Origin: Candidatus Pacearchaeota archaeon
Lineage (GTDB): Archaea; Nanobdellota; Nanobdellia; Pacearchaeales; JAHJTO01
DNA length: 64,000 nt
Direction of reading: 5' to 3'
Assembly: GCA_038849525.1 (NCBI GenBank)
Contig: JAWCMS010000001.1
Location: 206,584-270,583, forward strand
Each line of letters begins with the position of its first letter. Within the stretch, counting starts at the first letter, position 1. The notes under the pieces were generated by a model. The model was not told the DNA's origin and made no database searches. It worked only from the letters and a program-made list of their open reading frames with translations. This document shows, in pieces, positions 1 through 8,529 of this stretch. Position numbers and translations under genes: made by a program.

Positions 1-66
1 AAGGACCATAATGATAAAAAACATCAATACAAAGGAGGATAATGAAATTAATTAATTTAAATTTTT

Positions 67-339
67 ATGGCACTTAATATTATTACATTAAAAATAATGC
101 CCTCTTCTCCCAAGGTTGATTTGAGAAAGTTACAAATAAATATTGAAAAAAAAATAAAGGAAGTAGGAGGTATTCTTCATAAAGTTAGTGAAGAACCTAT
201 CGCTTTCGGTCTAAAAGCACTTATTTTTGTCATAGGATGGAGAGAAGAAGCTAATCTAGACATAGTTGAAACAGAACTATCAAGAATAAAAGATATAAGT
301 TCTATTGAGATTATTGATGTTAGAAGGGCGATAGGCTAA
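67..339 (+). CDS. ef1b: Elongation factor 1-beta (aEF-1beta)
   Basis: 90-aa protein with the characteristic archaeal EF-1beta layout and the conserved central EEPIAFGLKAL segment. Confidence 0.85.
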   Translation: MALNIITLKIMPSSPKVDLRKLQINIEKKIKEVGGILHKVSEEPIAFGLKALIFVIGWREEANLDIVETELSRIKDISSIEIIDVRRAIG

Positions 340-356
340 AAATCAAAAATATAAAT

Positions 357-1049
357 ATGCTAACAGAAGAACAAGCAAAAAAACTAAAAGAACAGCTGCT
401 TATACAAGTAGAAAAACTACCAGAAGAACAAAGAGTAGAGTGGGTAGAATGGATTGAGACAGCAAGTCTAGAAGATTTAGAAGAATTTATTAGAAAACAG
501 GGACATCAAGGAGAAGAATGCCTTTTTTGTGGAATAGTAAAAGGGAATATAGAAACAACAAAAATATATGAAAACCCCTTTGTTATTGCATTTCTTGATA
601 TTACTCCTTCTGTAATTGGGCAGACTATAATAATCCCAAAAGAACACTGGCAGTTTATCTTTCAGGTTCCTGATCAGACTCTTTGGGAAATGACTAGAAT
701 AATGAAAATTTTAATGCCTATAATTGTTAATGTTACAAAATGCTCTGGAATAAATATTTATGTCAGTCAAGGAGCTGCTGCAGGCCAAAGAATTGGACAT
801 GTTGCAATAAATTTAATTCCAAGGTTCGAAAAAGATAAGGCTATTTTTCTATGGGAGAGAAAAGAAGTTTCTAAAGATGAAATTGAAAAAGTTGCAAAAG
901 AAATAAAGTTTAGCTTAGAAAAAACTTTTGCTGAAGAAAGAGAAAAAATTGCAAAAAAAATTAGGGGGGATATGGCTCCGGAACAAGAGCTTGAGGTTCC
1001 TAAACCAGAAAAAGAAAAATTGCAGGAATTTCCGCGTAGAATACCTTGA
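357..1049 (+). CDS. HIT-like protein with degenerate histidine triad (probable pseudoenzyme) plus N- and C-terminal KE-rich extensions
   Basis: The core (CLFCGIVKG...IIIPKEHW...GQRIGHVAINLIPRF) aligns to the canonical HIT protein at 42848..43255 (CIFCKII...VIPKKHF...GQLVPHMHFHIIPRF). The HxHxH triad reads H-V-A-I-N, so only the first His is kept. Confidence 0.7.
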   Translation: MLTEEQAKKLKEQLLIQVEKLPEEQRVEWVEWIETASLEDLEEFIRKQGHQGEECLFCGIVKGNIETTKIYENPFVIAFLDITPSVIGQTIIIPKEHWQFIFQVPDQTLWEMTRIMKILMPIIVNVTKCSGINIYVSQGAAAGQRIGHVAINLIPRFEKDKAIFLWERKEVSKDEIEKVAKEIKFSLEKTFAEEREKIAKKIRGDMAPEQELEVPKPEKEKLQEFPRRIP

Positions 1050-1050
1050 T

Positions 1051-1836
1051 TTAAAACAACTGCATTAAAACATTCCCAAAAATTAATTTTGCTATAAATG
1101 CTATAAGAAAAACAGGAACAAAAGGCAGGCCGTATTTTATTTTTACATTTAAATTAGCTTTTTTTATTTCATGAATATCTGATTTTGATAAACCTTCGTA
1201 TGTAGCTTTTATTATTTTTCCTTTAATTTTAACATCTTTAGCCAACCAATCTCCTTCTGTAAGCTTTTTAGGTGAAACTGTTTTTATTAATGATACTTTT
1301 TCTACTGCAAAGGTAAATGCGTAAAGTAGTGGTGAAATTAATGATAATATAGCAATGAAATAAAAAAATGAATTTAGAAAAATACCTAAAATTAGGGAAA
1401 TCAATGAAAGTGTTACAAATAATAAAATAGGTATTTTAGTCTTTTTTAATTCTGTTTTTACTTTTTCAAAATTAATTGCTGCAAGAACGAATGAATAGAT
1501 TAAACCATAGATTCCTCCCAAAAATAAAACATTCATTACGAAATGGATATCTGCTCCTAAGGCAGTACCTATCCCCATAAGCAATTTTGCATCTCCACCA
1601 GCAAATAATTTTCCATGATAAAACAATTCTGCAAGAACAAAAAAAACTATAAAACCAAATAAAGAATTAAGCAAAAATGAGAAATTTTCAGCAATTATCG
1701 ATTTTGTTAGTGCTATTATAGAGGCGATGGCTATGAAAGAAAAAGAAAGCCAGTCAGGAACCTCTCTTCTTTTAATATCTGTATAAGTTGCTATTAAAAG
1801 AACAAAAAAAGTTATAATTAATGATATATCAATCAT
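1051..1836 (-). CDS. Type IV prepilin/preflagellin peptidase (A24 family, PibD/FlaK-like) with C-terminal extension
   Basis: Polytopic membrane protein with the two catalytic Asp motifs of A24 peptidases (YTDIKRREVPD in TM1 and FAGGDAKLL, the GxGD motif), plus a roughly 150-aa extra C-terminal region. Confidence 0.75.
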   Translation of the reverse strand: MIDISLIITFFVLLIATYTDIKRREVPDWLSFSFIAIASIIALTKSIIAENFSFLLNSLFGFIVFFVLAELFYHGKLFAGGDAKLLMGIGTALGADIHFVMNVLFLGGIYGLIYSFVLAAINFEKVKTELKKTKIPILLFVTLSLISLILGIFLNSFFYFIAILSLISPLLYAFTFAVEKVSLIKTVSPKKLTEGDWLAKDVKIKGKIIKATYEGLSKSDIHEIKKANLNVKIKYGLPFVPVFLIAFIAKLIFGNVLMQLF

Positions 1837-1876
1837 TGCAGATTAAATTTATAAGTCTTTTTTAATTTTTCTTTGA

Positions 1877-2953
1877 ATGAAAGTAATAATTATAGGAAGT
1901 AGTATCGCAGGAGCTTCTGCAGCATTTTTATTAGCAAATTATGCTAATGTTGTTGTTTATGAGAAAAAAGCAAGAAAAGATATTGGCAAAAAAATTTGTC
2001 TGAATAATACAACATCAAGTTTTTTGAATTATTGCAGAAAGTTGGGATTAAATCCAAAAAAATATATTATATCTATATCAGAAAAAGCAAAAATAAAATC
2101 TTCTAATAATATTGTTGTATTTAAAACTAAAGAATTTAAAATTAACAGAGAGAAATTTTTAAATGATCTAATAAAAAAAGCAGAAAAAAAAGGAGCAAAA
2201 TTTTATTTTAATGTAAATTTTTTAGATTTTAAGAAGAATAATAAGTTTAAAATAATCCTTAATGTAGGAAATAAAAAAATTAGCGATTATTCTGATATCC
2301 TTATAGGTGCTGATGGTGCCTTGAGCATTGTTGCAAGAAAAGCAGGTATAAAAAGAAAAACATATCTTGTAATTCAAAAAGAAATTCAATTGAAAAAATT
2401 AAATCTTAGGTTAGAGAGAAATTCGTATAATGTATATGTCGGAAAAAAATTTGGTTATTTTAGTTATATCTTTGTATATAAAGACAAGGCAGTTATAGGG
2501 CTTGCAGATAAATTAGAAACAGCATCTTTAAGATTCAAAAAATTTCTTAAGGAACTAAGAGTCGATACTAAAAATATATCTGCGGCAATAGTTCCAGAGC
2601 CTAATATTTTTCCAAATAAAAAAAATTTGTTTCTTATAGGAGATGCTGGGGGGTATACAAAGTTTTCTGGAGGAGGGATAGTTCCAGCAATTATGTCTGC
2701 ATTTGCAGTAAAAGAAGTAATTGTCAACAATAAATTTGTAAAATTTTTGAATCTGAATAAAAGTATCTTATTTAATCTAATCATATTCAAAATATTAAAA
2801 AAAATGAACGATCGTGATTTTGATTGTTTTATTGAAATAGTCAAAAATAGAAAATTTTCAGATGTTCTTAAAAGAAGAGATGAATTTGAAGTTAAAGATT
2901 TTATAAGGCTTTTTGATTTTAGATTTTTAAAATTTTTACCAAAACTTATTTAA
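1877..2953 (+). CDS. Geranylgeranyl reductase family FAD-dependent oxidoreductase
   Basis: N-terminal dinucleotide-binding motif (VIIIGSSIAGASAAFLLA) and a GADGALSIVARKAG motif typical of digeranylgeranylglycerophospholipid reductases. Confidence 0.75.
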   Translation: MKVIIIGSSIAGASAAFLLANYANVVVYEKKARKDIGKKICLNNTTSSFLNYCRKLGLNPKKYIISISEKAKIKSSNNIVVFKTKEFKINREKFLNDLIKKAEKKGAKFYFNVNFLDFKKNNKFKIILNVGNKKISDYSDILIGADGALSIVARKAGIKRKTYLVIQKEIQLKKLNLRLERNSYNVYVGKKFGYFSYIFVYKDKAVIGLADKLETASLRFKKFLKELRVDTKNISAAIVPEPNIFPNKKNLFLIGDAGGYTKFSGGGIVPAIMSAFAVKEVIVNNKFVKFLNLNKSILFNLIIFKILKKMNDRDFDCFIEIVKNRKFSDVLKRRDEFEVKDFIRLFDFRFLKFLPKLI

Positions 2954-3059
2954 TATTTTGTGTTCTATGAATTCCGCCTTTTTTGTATACCCTAAACTTT
3001 CTTTTTAATTTTTGCTGTTTTTTGCTTTTTCTTTGATAAGGAATCGCATATTCATCCAT
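2946..3059 (-). CDS. Candidate small lysine-rich protein (37 aa), unassigned
   Basis: ATG-to-TAA ORF on the minus strand in an otherwise unexplained 212-nt gap. It encodes MDEYAIPYQRKSKKQQKLKRKFRVYKKGGIHRTQNIK, which is highly basic. It is not in the ORF track because it is shorter than 60 aa. Confidence 0.25.
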   Translation of the reverse strand: MDEYAIPYQRKSKKQQKLKRKFRVYKKGGIHRTQNIK

Positions 3060-3129
3060 TTTTATATTAATAAAACTTTATTAATAAATTTAACTGATTT
3101 TAAAAGTCCCAAATATGACTTTTTTAACG

Positions 3130-3150
3130 ACGAAAGGTTTAAATTTACTT
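3130..3150 (+). promoter_or_regulatory. TATA-box-like element (TTTAAATTT) about 25 nt upstream of the 3167 start; leaderless-type promoter
   Basis: AT-rich TATA-like motif at the expected archaeal spacing. No Shine-Dalgarno sequence is evident. Confidence 0.3.
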
Positions 3151-3166
3151 TTGGTTTTGCTATAAT

Positions 3167-4255
3167 ATGTTAATAAATAGAAAAGCGCAAAACGTTCCTT
3201 TTTTAATCATTATAATAGGTCTGCTTTTAGCAATTTATGTTTATTTTATGCCTTTTGATGAAAAATGCAAATTAATCCCTAGTTTACCAGAATGTAAAAA
3301 AGAACTAAAAGTTAAAGTAATAGAGTTTATTCCAGGATTGCTTGAAGAACAAGAAACAGCAGCAAGATATTTTCTTCCAGATATCCAACTTTTTAGAAAA
3401 GATGTTGTAGATATAGCTACAGTACTTGAAAATACAAAAGTAAGTAGAGGATGGTTTTTTTCTTCTTCTGGCGAAGAGGTTTTTAATGCACAAGAAAATG
3501 CTAGAGAAGCAAAGTTATTCATTTTTGTAAACAAAGCTGAGGGAGGTCTTAAAATTTATATAAACAATAAAAAAATAGGTACTATTTATGGTGAAGGAGT
3601 ACATCAAATTTATTTAGATGTAAATGACATTAAAGAAACAAACAAAATAAAAGTTATTCCTACTATTCCATTATTCCCTTTCTTTTTAAATGATTACGAG
3701 ATAGGAAAAATAATACTAAAAGAGAATTATATTATCACAAACAATCGCGTTAATCTGCCATTTTTTATAACACAAAATAAAAATGACATTCTTGATATTA
3801 AACTAAATTTCAAAACAAGATGCTTTACTGAAGAAAACTTAAGCGTTTATATTAACTCTGAAAAAATTTTAGAAGATAAAGTATGTAGGGGATTTTCAAA
3901 AGATGTTTTTTCATTAATTAAATTTAATAATATGTCTGGAAATATAACTTTTGCAAGTGAAGGAAATTATATAATAAGGGAAATAACGCTTGATGTGAGG
4001 ATGAAAGAAAGAACATGGCCTATTTATTATTTCTACTTGGAAAAAATTGAAAAGCCGATGACTCTTAAATTAGAATTTAATGAAACTGGTTTAAAACAGC
4101 TTACGGCTTATGTTAATGGCAATGCGCTTTCTGTTGAAACAACTAAAAAAGAGTGGAAAACTATAATTAACAGGTATTTAATTGAAAATGCCACTAATTC
4201 TATCCTTTTAATCCCTAAAAAAACAGTAATTATAGAAAAATTAGAGGTTGAATAA
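3167..4255 (+). CDS. Secreted/surface protein with type IV pilin-like (class III) signal peptide
   Basis: N-terminus MLINRKAQ-NVPFLIIIIGLLLAIYVYF matches [KR][GA]Q + hydrophobic helix, the PibD cleavage motif. The rest is a beta-rich soluble domain with no recognisable homology. It is first in a four-gene co-directional cluster. Confidence 0.6.
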   Translation: MLINRKAQNVPFLIIIIGLLLAIYVYFMPFDEKCKLIPSLPECKKELKVKVIEFIPGLLEEQETAARYFLPDIQLFRKDVVDIATVLENTKVSRGWFFSSSGEEVFNAQENAREAKLFIFVNKAEGGLKIYINNKKIGTIYGEGVHQIYLDVNDIKETNKIKVIPTIPLFPFFLNDYEIGKIILKENYIITNNRVNLPFFITQNKNDILDIKLNFKTRCFTEENLSVYINSEKILEDKVCRGFSKDVFSLIKFNNMSGNITFASEGNYIIREITLDVRMKERTWPIYYFYLEKIEKPMTLKLEFNETGLKQLTAYVNGNALSVETTKKEWKTIINRYLIENATNSILLIPKKTVIIEKLEVE

Positions 4256-5388
4256 TGGGTGTTCTTAAAGAACTTAAAGAAACCGAAGAGAGAATGAAAA
4301 GAGAAGAGCAATATGAAAAGTTAAAACCATATCTTAAATTTTTTTTATGGCTTTTTTTGATAGTTGTTATTGGCGGAGCAATTTATTTGTTTTATATGTA
4401 TGTTCCTTCCTCATACAAAATTGTTTCAATCATTGTCATTCTAACATTCCTGTTTTTTTTCTTTTCCGCCCCAAAAGAAAAAAGGATATCTACTTTAATT
4501 TTAATGATAATTATAACTATTCTTATTATTATATTTATGCCACAAATAGAATTTTATACTTTTGAAGGATATTCCAAACTTTCTAATGTGTATAGAACTA
4601 TTGGTTCTCATGGTATCGGAGAAGGTTTATCTTGTATAATTAATGCTGAAAAATGTTTTGGAGAAGAGGCGTGGGAGACAAAAACAATGCAACAATTAGG
4701 GGGTAGTATGATCGAAGTTGACTGGAGCAATGCTATAAACAAACAACCATTGAATGTAATTGTCCCAATTAAGATTAGAACTAATGAATCTTTAGAACTG
4801 ATACCTACCTGCTTTTTAGGAGATACCAGAATTGAAACTTTTATTCCTACTGGAGATAGACTTAGATTTATAAGTTCAAATTATATACAAGAAAGTTCTG
4901 TTAGATGTTTTAGTGAAAATAATTTTTCAAATAAACTTGCATTAAAATTTGAAACTTCAATAATTAAAAAGAAATATTATTTTGAAATATGGACTGGAGA
5001 GGGGGCATCAAAAGGAACTATAAACAAAATTGAGTCAGGCCCTTATTCTTTAATAATAAAATCAGCAGATCCACAACCTTTTAGAGAAGGAAGATACCCT
5101 ATAACTCTTGAATTAAGAAAAACATCTGATTTTAATATCGCTAAAATAGAACTATTTAAAGTTGAAACAATTAGCAATAATATCCAAATTGAATGTGATT
5201 TTGATTTTGAAATGAATGCAGATAAAGAAAAATTAAAGCAGTGGCTTAAAGATAAAGATAACTACTTATTTACATGTTATTTGGATGTTGGAAGTACAAC
5301 TGATTTGAAAAAAGACTTTATATCTATTGATTTAAGATATGTTTTTGATGCAGAATATAAGACAATTTTAAAAACTCTTAGTGCTTAA
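4255..5388 (+). CDS. Membrane protein (3 N-terminal TM helices) with large extracytoplasmic domain, hypothetical
   Basis: ATGA start/stop overlap with the upstream gene. Hydrophobic N-terminal third, then a hydrophilic beta-rich domain. Confidence 0.6.
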   Translation: MGVLKELKETEERMKREEQYEKLKPYLKFFLWLFLIVVIGGAIYLFYMYVPSSYKIVSIIVILTFLFFFFSAPKEKRISTLILMIIITILIIIFMPQIEFYTFEGYSKLSNVYRTIGSHGIGEGLSCIINAEKCFGEEAWETKTMQQLGGSMIEVDWSNAINKQPLNVIVPIKIRTNESLELIPTCFLGDTRIETFIPTGDRLRFISSNYIQESSVRCFSENNFSNKLALKFETSIIKKKYYFEIWTGEGASKGTINKIESGPYSLIIKSADPQPFREGRYPITLELRKTSDFNIAKIELFKVETISNNIQIECDFDFEMNADKEKLKQWLKDKDNYLFTCYLDVGSTTDLKKDFISIDLRYVFDAEYKTILKTLSA

Positions 5389-5395
5389 TTAAAAT

Positions 5396-6253
5396 ATGAA
5401 TAAAAAAGAGATTTTAACAGCGGTTTTTTTAGTATTTATCCTAATAGTAATCTCAGGAGTTGAACAATGCCAACAAGGAATCGGTGGTGAGAAAACAAAG
5501 GCAGCGAAGTATGGGGTTGATTTTACACTTCAGCCAGGGCTTGATAGACTTACAGAAGGGAAGGTTATTATGCAGGGAGAAACTTTCTATGTTGATATAC
5601 TTATTGAAAATTTTGATTCCAAACCTAAATCAGGGGAGATTTGCATAAGAGATGATATTAATGAAGTTTATGGGGGAATTAATGATAAATGCAAGACTTT
5701 TAATATTCCAAGTGCAACTTATATCGAAAACAAACTTGAATCTCCAGCATCTATAAGAATTATATTCCCTGAAAATGATTATTATAAGTATGAAGGTATT
5801 CCTGTAGATACAGATGCAACACTTTTTGTTAGTATTTCTTATTTACAACATTCTATAATTTCTGGAGCAGTAAAAGCTCCAGAACCTCAGCAGGAGACTT
5901 TAACTTTGCAACAGACACCGTCTCCCGTATTTGTAACAGTCGATAAGTCTGTGACAAGCATGACTGATAATGTTAAGGTCAATCTAAAAATAGGATTCAC
6001 AAAACAAGGCGAATACAATATCACATCTACAGACTTCAAGAAAGAGGCGATAGTAGTCTTTCCAAAATTAAGTGTATATAACCTTGATTGTCCTGAAATA
6101 AAACAAGGGCTTATTGAATTTAGAAACACAAAATTTATAAGCTGTTCAGCCTTTTTACCTCGAGAACAATATACCCATCCATTACAGCTTACCTTAGATT
6201 ACGGGGTAAAATTAATCAAGTCTTTCGATTTCAAAATAAAAAAAAGTGAATAA
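5396..6253 (+). CDS. Membrane-anchored secreted protein, paralog of 6264..7145; possible lipobox-like Cys
   Basis: N-terminal TM/signal followed by ISGVEQCQQG. It shares the motif order (C-QQ ... GETFYVDILIEN vs GTEFPIYVDVLNAG) with the next gene. Confidence 0.6.
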   Translation: MNKKEILTAVFLVFILIVISGVEQCQQGIGGEKTKAAKYGVDFTLQPGLDRLTEGKVIMQGETFYVDILIENFDSKPKSGEICIRDDINEVYGGINDKCKTFNIPSATYIENKLESPASIRIIFPENDYYKYEGIPVDTDATLFVSISYLQHSIISGAVKAPEPQQETLTLQQTPSPVFVTVDKSVTSMTDNVKVNLKIGFTKQGEYNITSTDFKKEAIVVFPKLSVYNLDCPEIKQGLIEFRNTKFISCSAFLPREQYTHPLQLTLDYGVKLIKSFDFKIKKSE

Positions 6254-6263
6254 AAGAGGATAA

Positions 6264-7145
6264 ATGAAAACTCGCTTATTTATATTGTATTTGATTTCAA
6301 TAATTCTATTACTTATAGTTTTAAGTGGAATTAATGGATGCCCTCAACAACAACCAAAAATTTCAACCACTGGTTTGAAGATGTCATTTGTCAAGGATGC
6401 GCCACCAGTAAGCGTGATTACAGGAACCGAGTTTCCGATATATGTTGATGTACTAAATGCTGGAGGAGAGTTTGTTAACAAGGGAAGTGCTAAGTTCTAT
6501 TTAAGCAATTTGGGCCCAAATTTTGAAAATGTTAAAAGTTCTTTAATTAATGAAAAGACATTAGGAAAAGAATCTGTTTTTCCTGAACGTTTGGTTTTTG
6601 CAGAAAAAGCAAAGTTTACTTTCCCTCTGCAAGATATGTTAGTGGTTCCTCTTGTACTAACAGGATGCTATGATTACAGCGGAAGAGCGCAAGCTTCGGT
6701 GTGTATTACTGGAAGCAATGAAAGCAAAGTGTGTAAAATAGATGGAGAAAAAATAATAAGCAATACAGCTGGCCCTATTCAAATAACAAGTGTAACTGAA
6801 TCTATAAGCAGAAATAAATTGATTTTGATATTTGAAGTAGCAAACAAAGGTAATGGACAAGTATATTTAGCCGATGCAGATTGTGACAAACTTGAAGCAA
6901 GGGATATTACCGAGAGCCAAAAACAAGGTAAGCTAAATATTAAGATAACTACAAAAGATAATTTCAAATGTAAACTTCAATCATCTAGCGGACAAGTAGA
7001 TGGCTTAGAAGGAATAGCCCCATTAGGTAAAATAATCTGCGAGAAGGACATATCTAAAGAAGATTATCTTTCTGTTTTTATTATCGAAACTAGATATAAA
7101 TATAGAGATTCGATAATCCAAAATATAAATATAATGCCTGCATAA
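6264..7145 (+). CDS. Membrane-anchored secreted protein, paralog of 5396..6253; possible lipobox-like Cys
   Basis: N-terminal TM/signal followed by LSGINGCPQQQ. The body contains many Cys residues and is similar to the upstream gene. Confidence 0.6.
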   Translation: MKTRLFILYLISIILLLIVLSGINGCPQQQPKISTTGLKMSFVKDAPPVSVITGTEFPIYVDVLNAGGEFVNKGSAKFYLSNLGPNFENVKSSLINEKTLGKESVFPERLVFAEKAKFTFPLQDMLVVPLVLTGCYDYSGRAQASVCITGSNESKVCKIDGEKIISNTAGPIQITSVTESISRNKLILIFEVANKGNGQVYLADADCDKLEARDITESQKQGKLNIKITTKDNFKCKLQSSSGQVDGLEGIAPLGKIICEKDISKEDYLSVFIIETRYKYRDSIIQNINIMPA

Positions 7146-7218
7146 TTTTTTATAGTATAATTCTATATTATCACTTATTCACAAATATCTTTTTATATTA
7201 GAATTCTGATAAAAAATT

Positions 7219-8427
7219 ATGATTTTTGCCGATTTACATATTCATTCAAGATTTTCAAGAGCGACTAGTAAGAATTTAAATTTAGAAAATATGGAAAAAT
7301 GGGCAAAAATAAAAGGTTTAAATTTGTTAGGGACGGGAGATTTTACTCATCCTAAGTGGATTTCTGAATTAAAAAGTAATTTAGAAGAAAATGATGGGAT
7401 TTTAAAGACAAAAACAGGGTTTTCTTTTATTCTCCAAACAGAGGTTTCTTTAATTTATAGTCAAGATGGAAAAGGAAGAAGAGTCCATTTATTAATCTTA
7501 GCTCCAGATTTTAGTGTTGCTGAACAAATAAATGACTATCTTAGTAAAAAAGGAAGACTCGATTATGATGGTAGACCGGTCTTTAATATTCCTTGCTATG
7601 AGCTAGTAGAAAATTTAATATCTATATCAAAAGATATTGAGATTATTCCAGCACATGCTTGGACACCATGGTTTGGTATATTCGGCTCTGTTACAGGATT
7701 TGATTCGATTGAAGAGGCTTTTAAGGACAAAGCAAAATACATTCATGCATTTGAAACAGGAATGAGCAGCGATCCTGAAATGAATTGGAGGTTGTCATCT
7801 TTGGATAAATATTCAATAGTATCATTTTCTGATTCTCATTCATTTTGGCCTTGGCGTTTGGGGAGGGAAGCTACAATTTTTGATTTTGATATAAATAATT
7901 TGAAATATAAAGATATAATAACTTCAATCAGAAATAATAAAATTAAAGCCACTATAGAAACCTTTCCTAGTTATGGAAAATATCATTTCGATGGTCATAG
8001 GAATTGTAATTTTTCATGCTCTCCTGAAGAAACTAAAAAATTAAATGGTATATGCCCTCTGTGTAAAAAATCTTTAATTATTGGAGTAATGAATAGAGTT
8101 GAAAGACTTGCAGATAGGCCAAAGAATTTTAAACCAAAAAATGCAAAACCCTTTTACAGTCTTTTACCTCTTTCAGAACTTATATCAGTTGTTAGAAAAA
8201 TTCCATTAGGAAGTAAAAAAATAATGGATGAATACACTAAAATGGTTGAGAAAAACTCTGAATTTGATATTTTACTTAATCTACAAAATGAACAACTCAT
8301 GAAAATTTCAGATGAAAAACTAATTAAATTAATAATGTTAAATAGAAATGGAAAAATAAAGATAAAACCTGGTTATGATGGTGTTTATGGAACTTTGATA
8401 ATTGAAGAACAAGCTAAACTTTTTTAA
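7219..8427 (+). CDS. PHP-domain protein of the endonuclease Q (EndoQ) family
   Basis: Begins MIFADLHIHSRFS (PHP metal-binding motif). It has further His/Asp motifs and a Cys4 zinc finger (CNFSC...CPLC) in the C-terminal half, as in EndoQ-family proteins (family placement from memory). Confidence 0.55.
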   Translation: MIFADLHIHSRFSRATSKNLNLENMEKWAKIKGLNLLGTGDFTHPKWISELKSNLEENDGILKTKTGFSFILQTEVSLIYSQDGKGRRVHLLILAPDFSVAEQINDYLSKKGRLDYDGRPVFNIPCYELVENLISISKDIEIIPAHAWTPWFGIFGSVTGFDSIEEAFKDKAKYIHAFETGMSSDPEMNWRLSSLDKYSIVSFSDSHSFWPWRLGREATIFDFDINNLKYKDIITSIRNNKIKATIETFPSYGKYHFDGHRNCNFSCSPEETKKLNGICPLCKKSLIIGVMNRVERLADRPKNFKPKNAKPFYSLLPLSELISVVRKIPLGSKKIMDEYTKMVEKNSEFDILLNLQNEQLMKISDEKLIKLIMLNRNGKIKIKPGYDGVYGTLIIEEQAKLF

Positions 8428-8527
8428 TCCATTTAAATTTATATATGGGAGAAAAAGTCTTTTCTTTACAATTCTCACAAATTTCTTTTAAAGTATAATT
8501 TTTACATTTTAGGCATTTTTTTATCAT
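8414..8527 (-). CDS. nop10: H/ACA ribonucleoprotein subunit Nop10 (short, 37 aa)
   Basis: Minus-strand ORF 2 nt downstream of aIF2alpha encoding MIKKCLKCKNYTLKEICENCKEKTFSPIYKFKWIKKV. This is a CxxC...CxxC zinc ribbon followed by the FSP..Y.KYR-like Nop10 signature. The aIF2alpha-nop10 operon arrangement is conserved in archaea. It is absent from the ORF track (shorter than 60 aa). Confidence 0.7.
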   Translation of the reverse strand: MIKKCLKCKNYTLKEICENCKEKTFSPIYKFKWIKKV

Positions 8528-8529
8528 TT

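Noticed and set aside
2464-2844. 126-aa minus-strand ORF inside the geranylgeranyl reductase gene
   Set aside because: Entirely antisense to a well-supported FAD enzyme gene. Low-complexity translation typical of AT-rich shadow frames.
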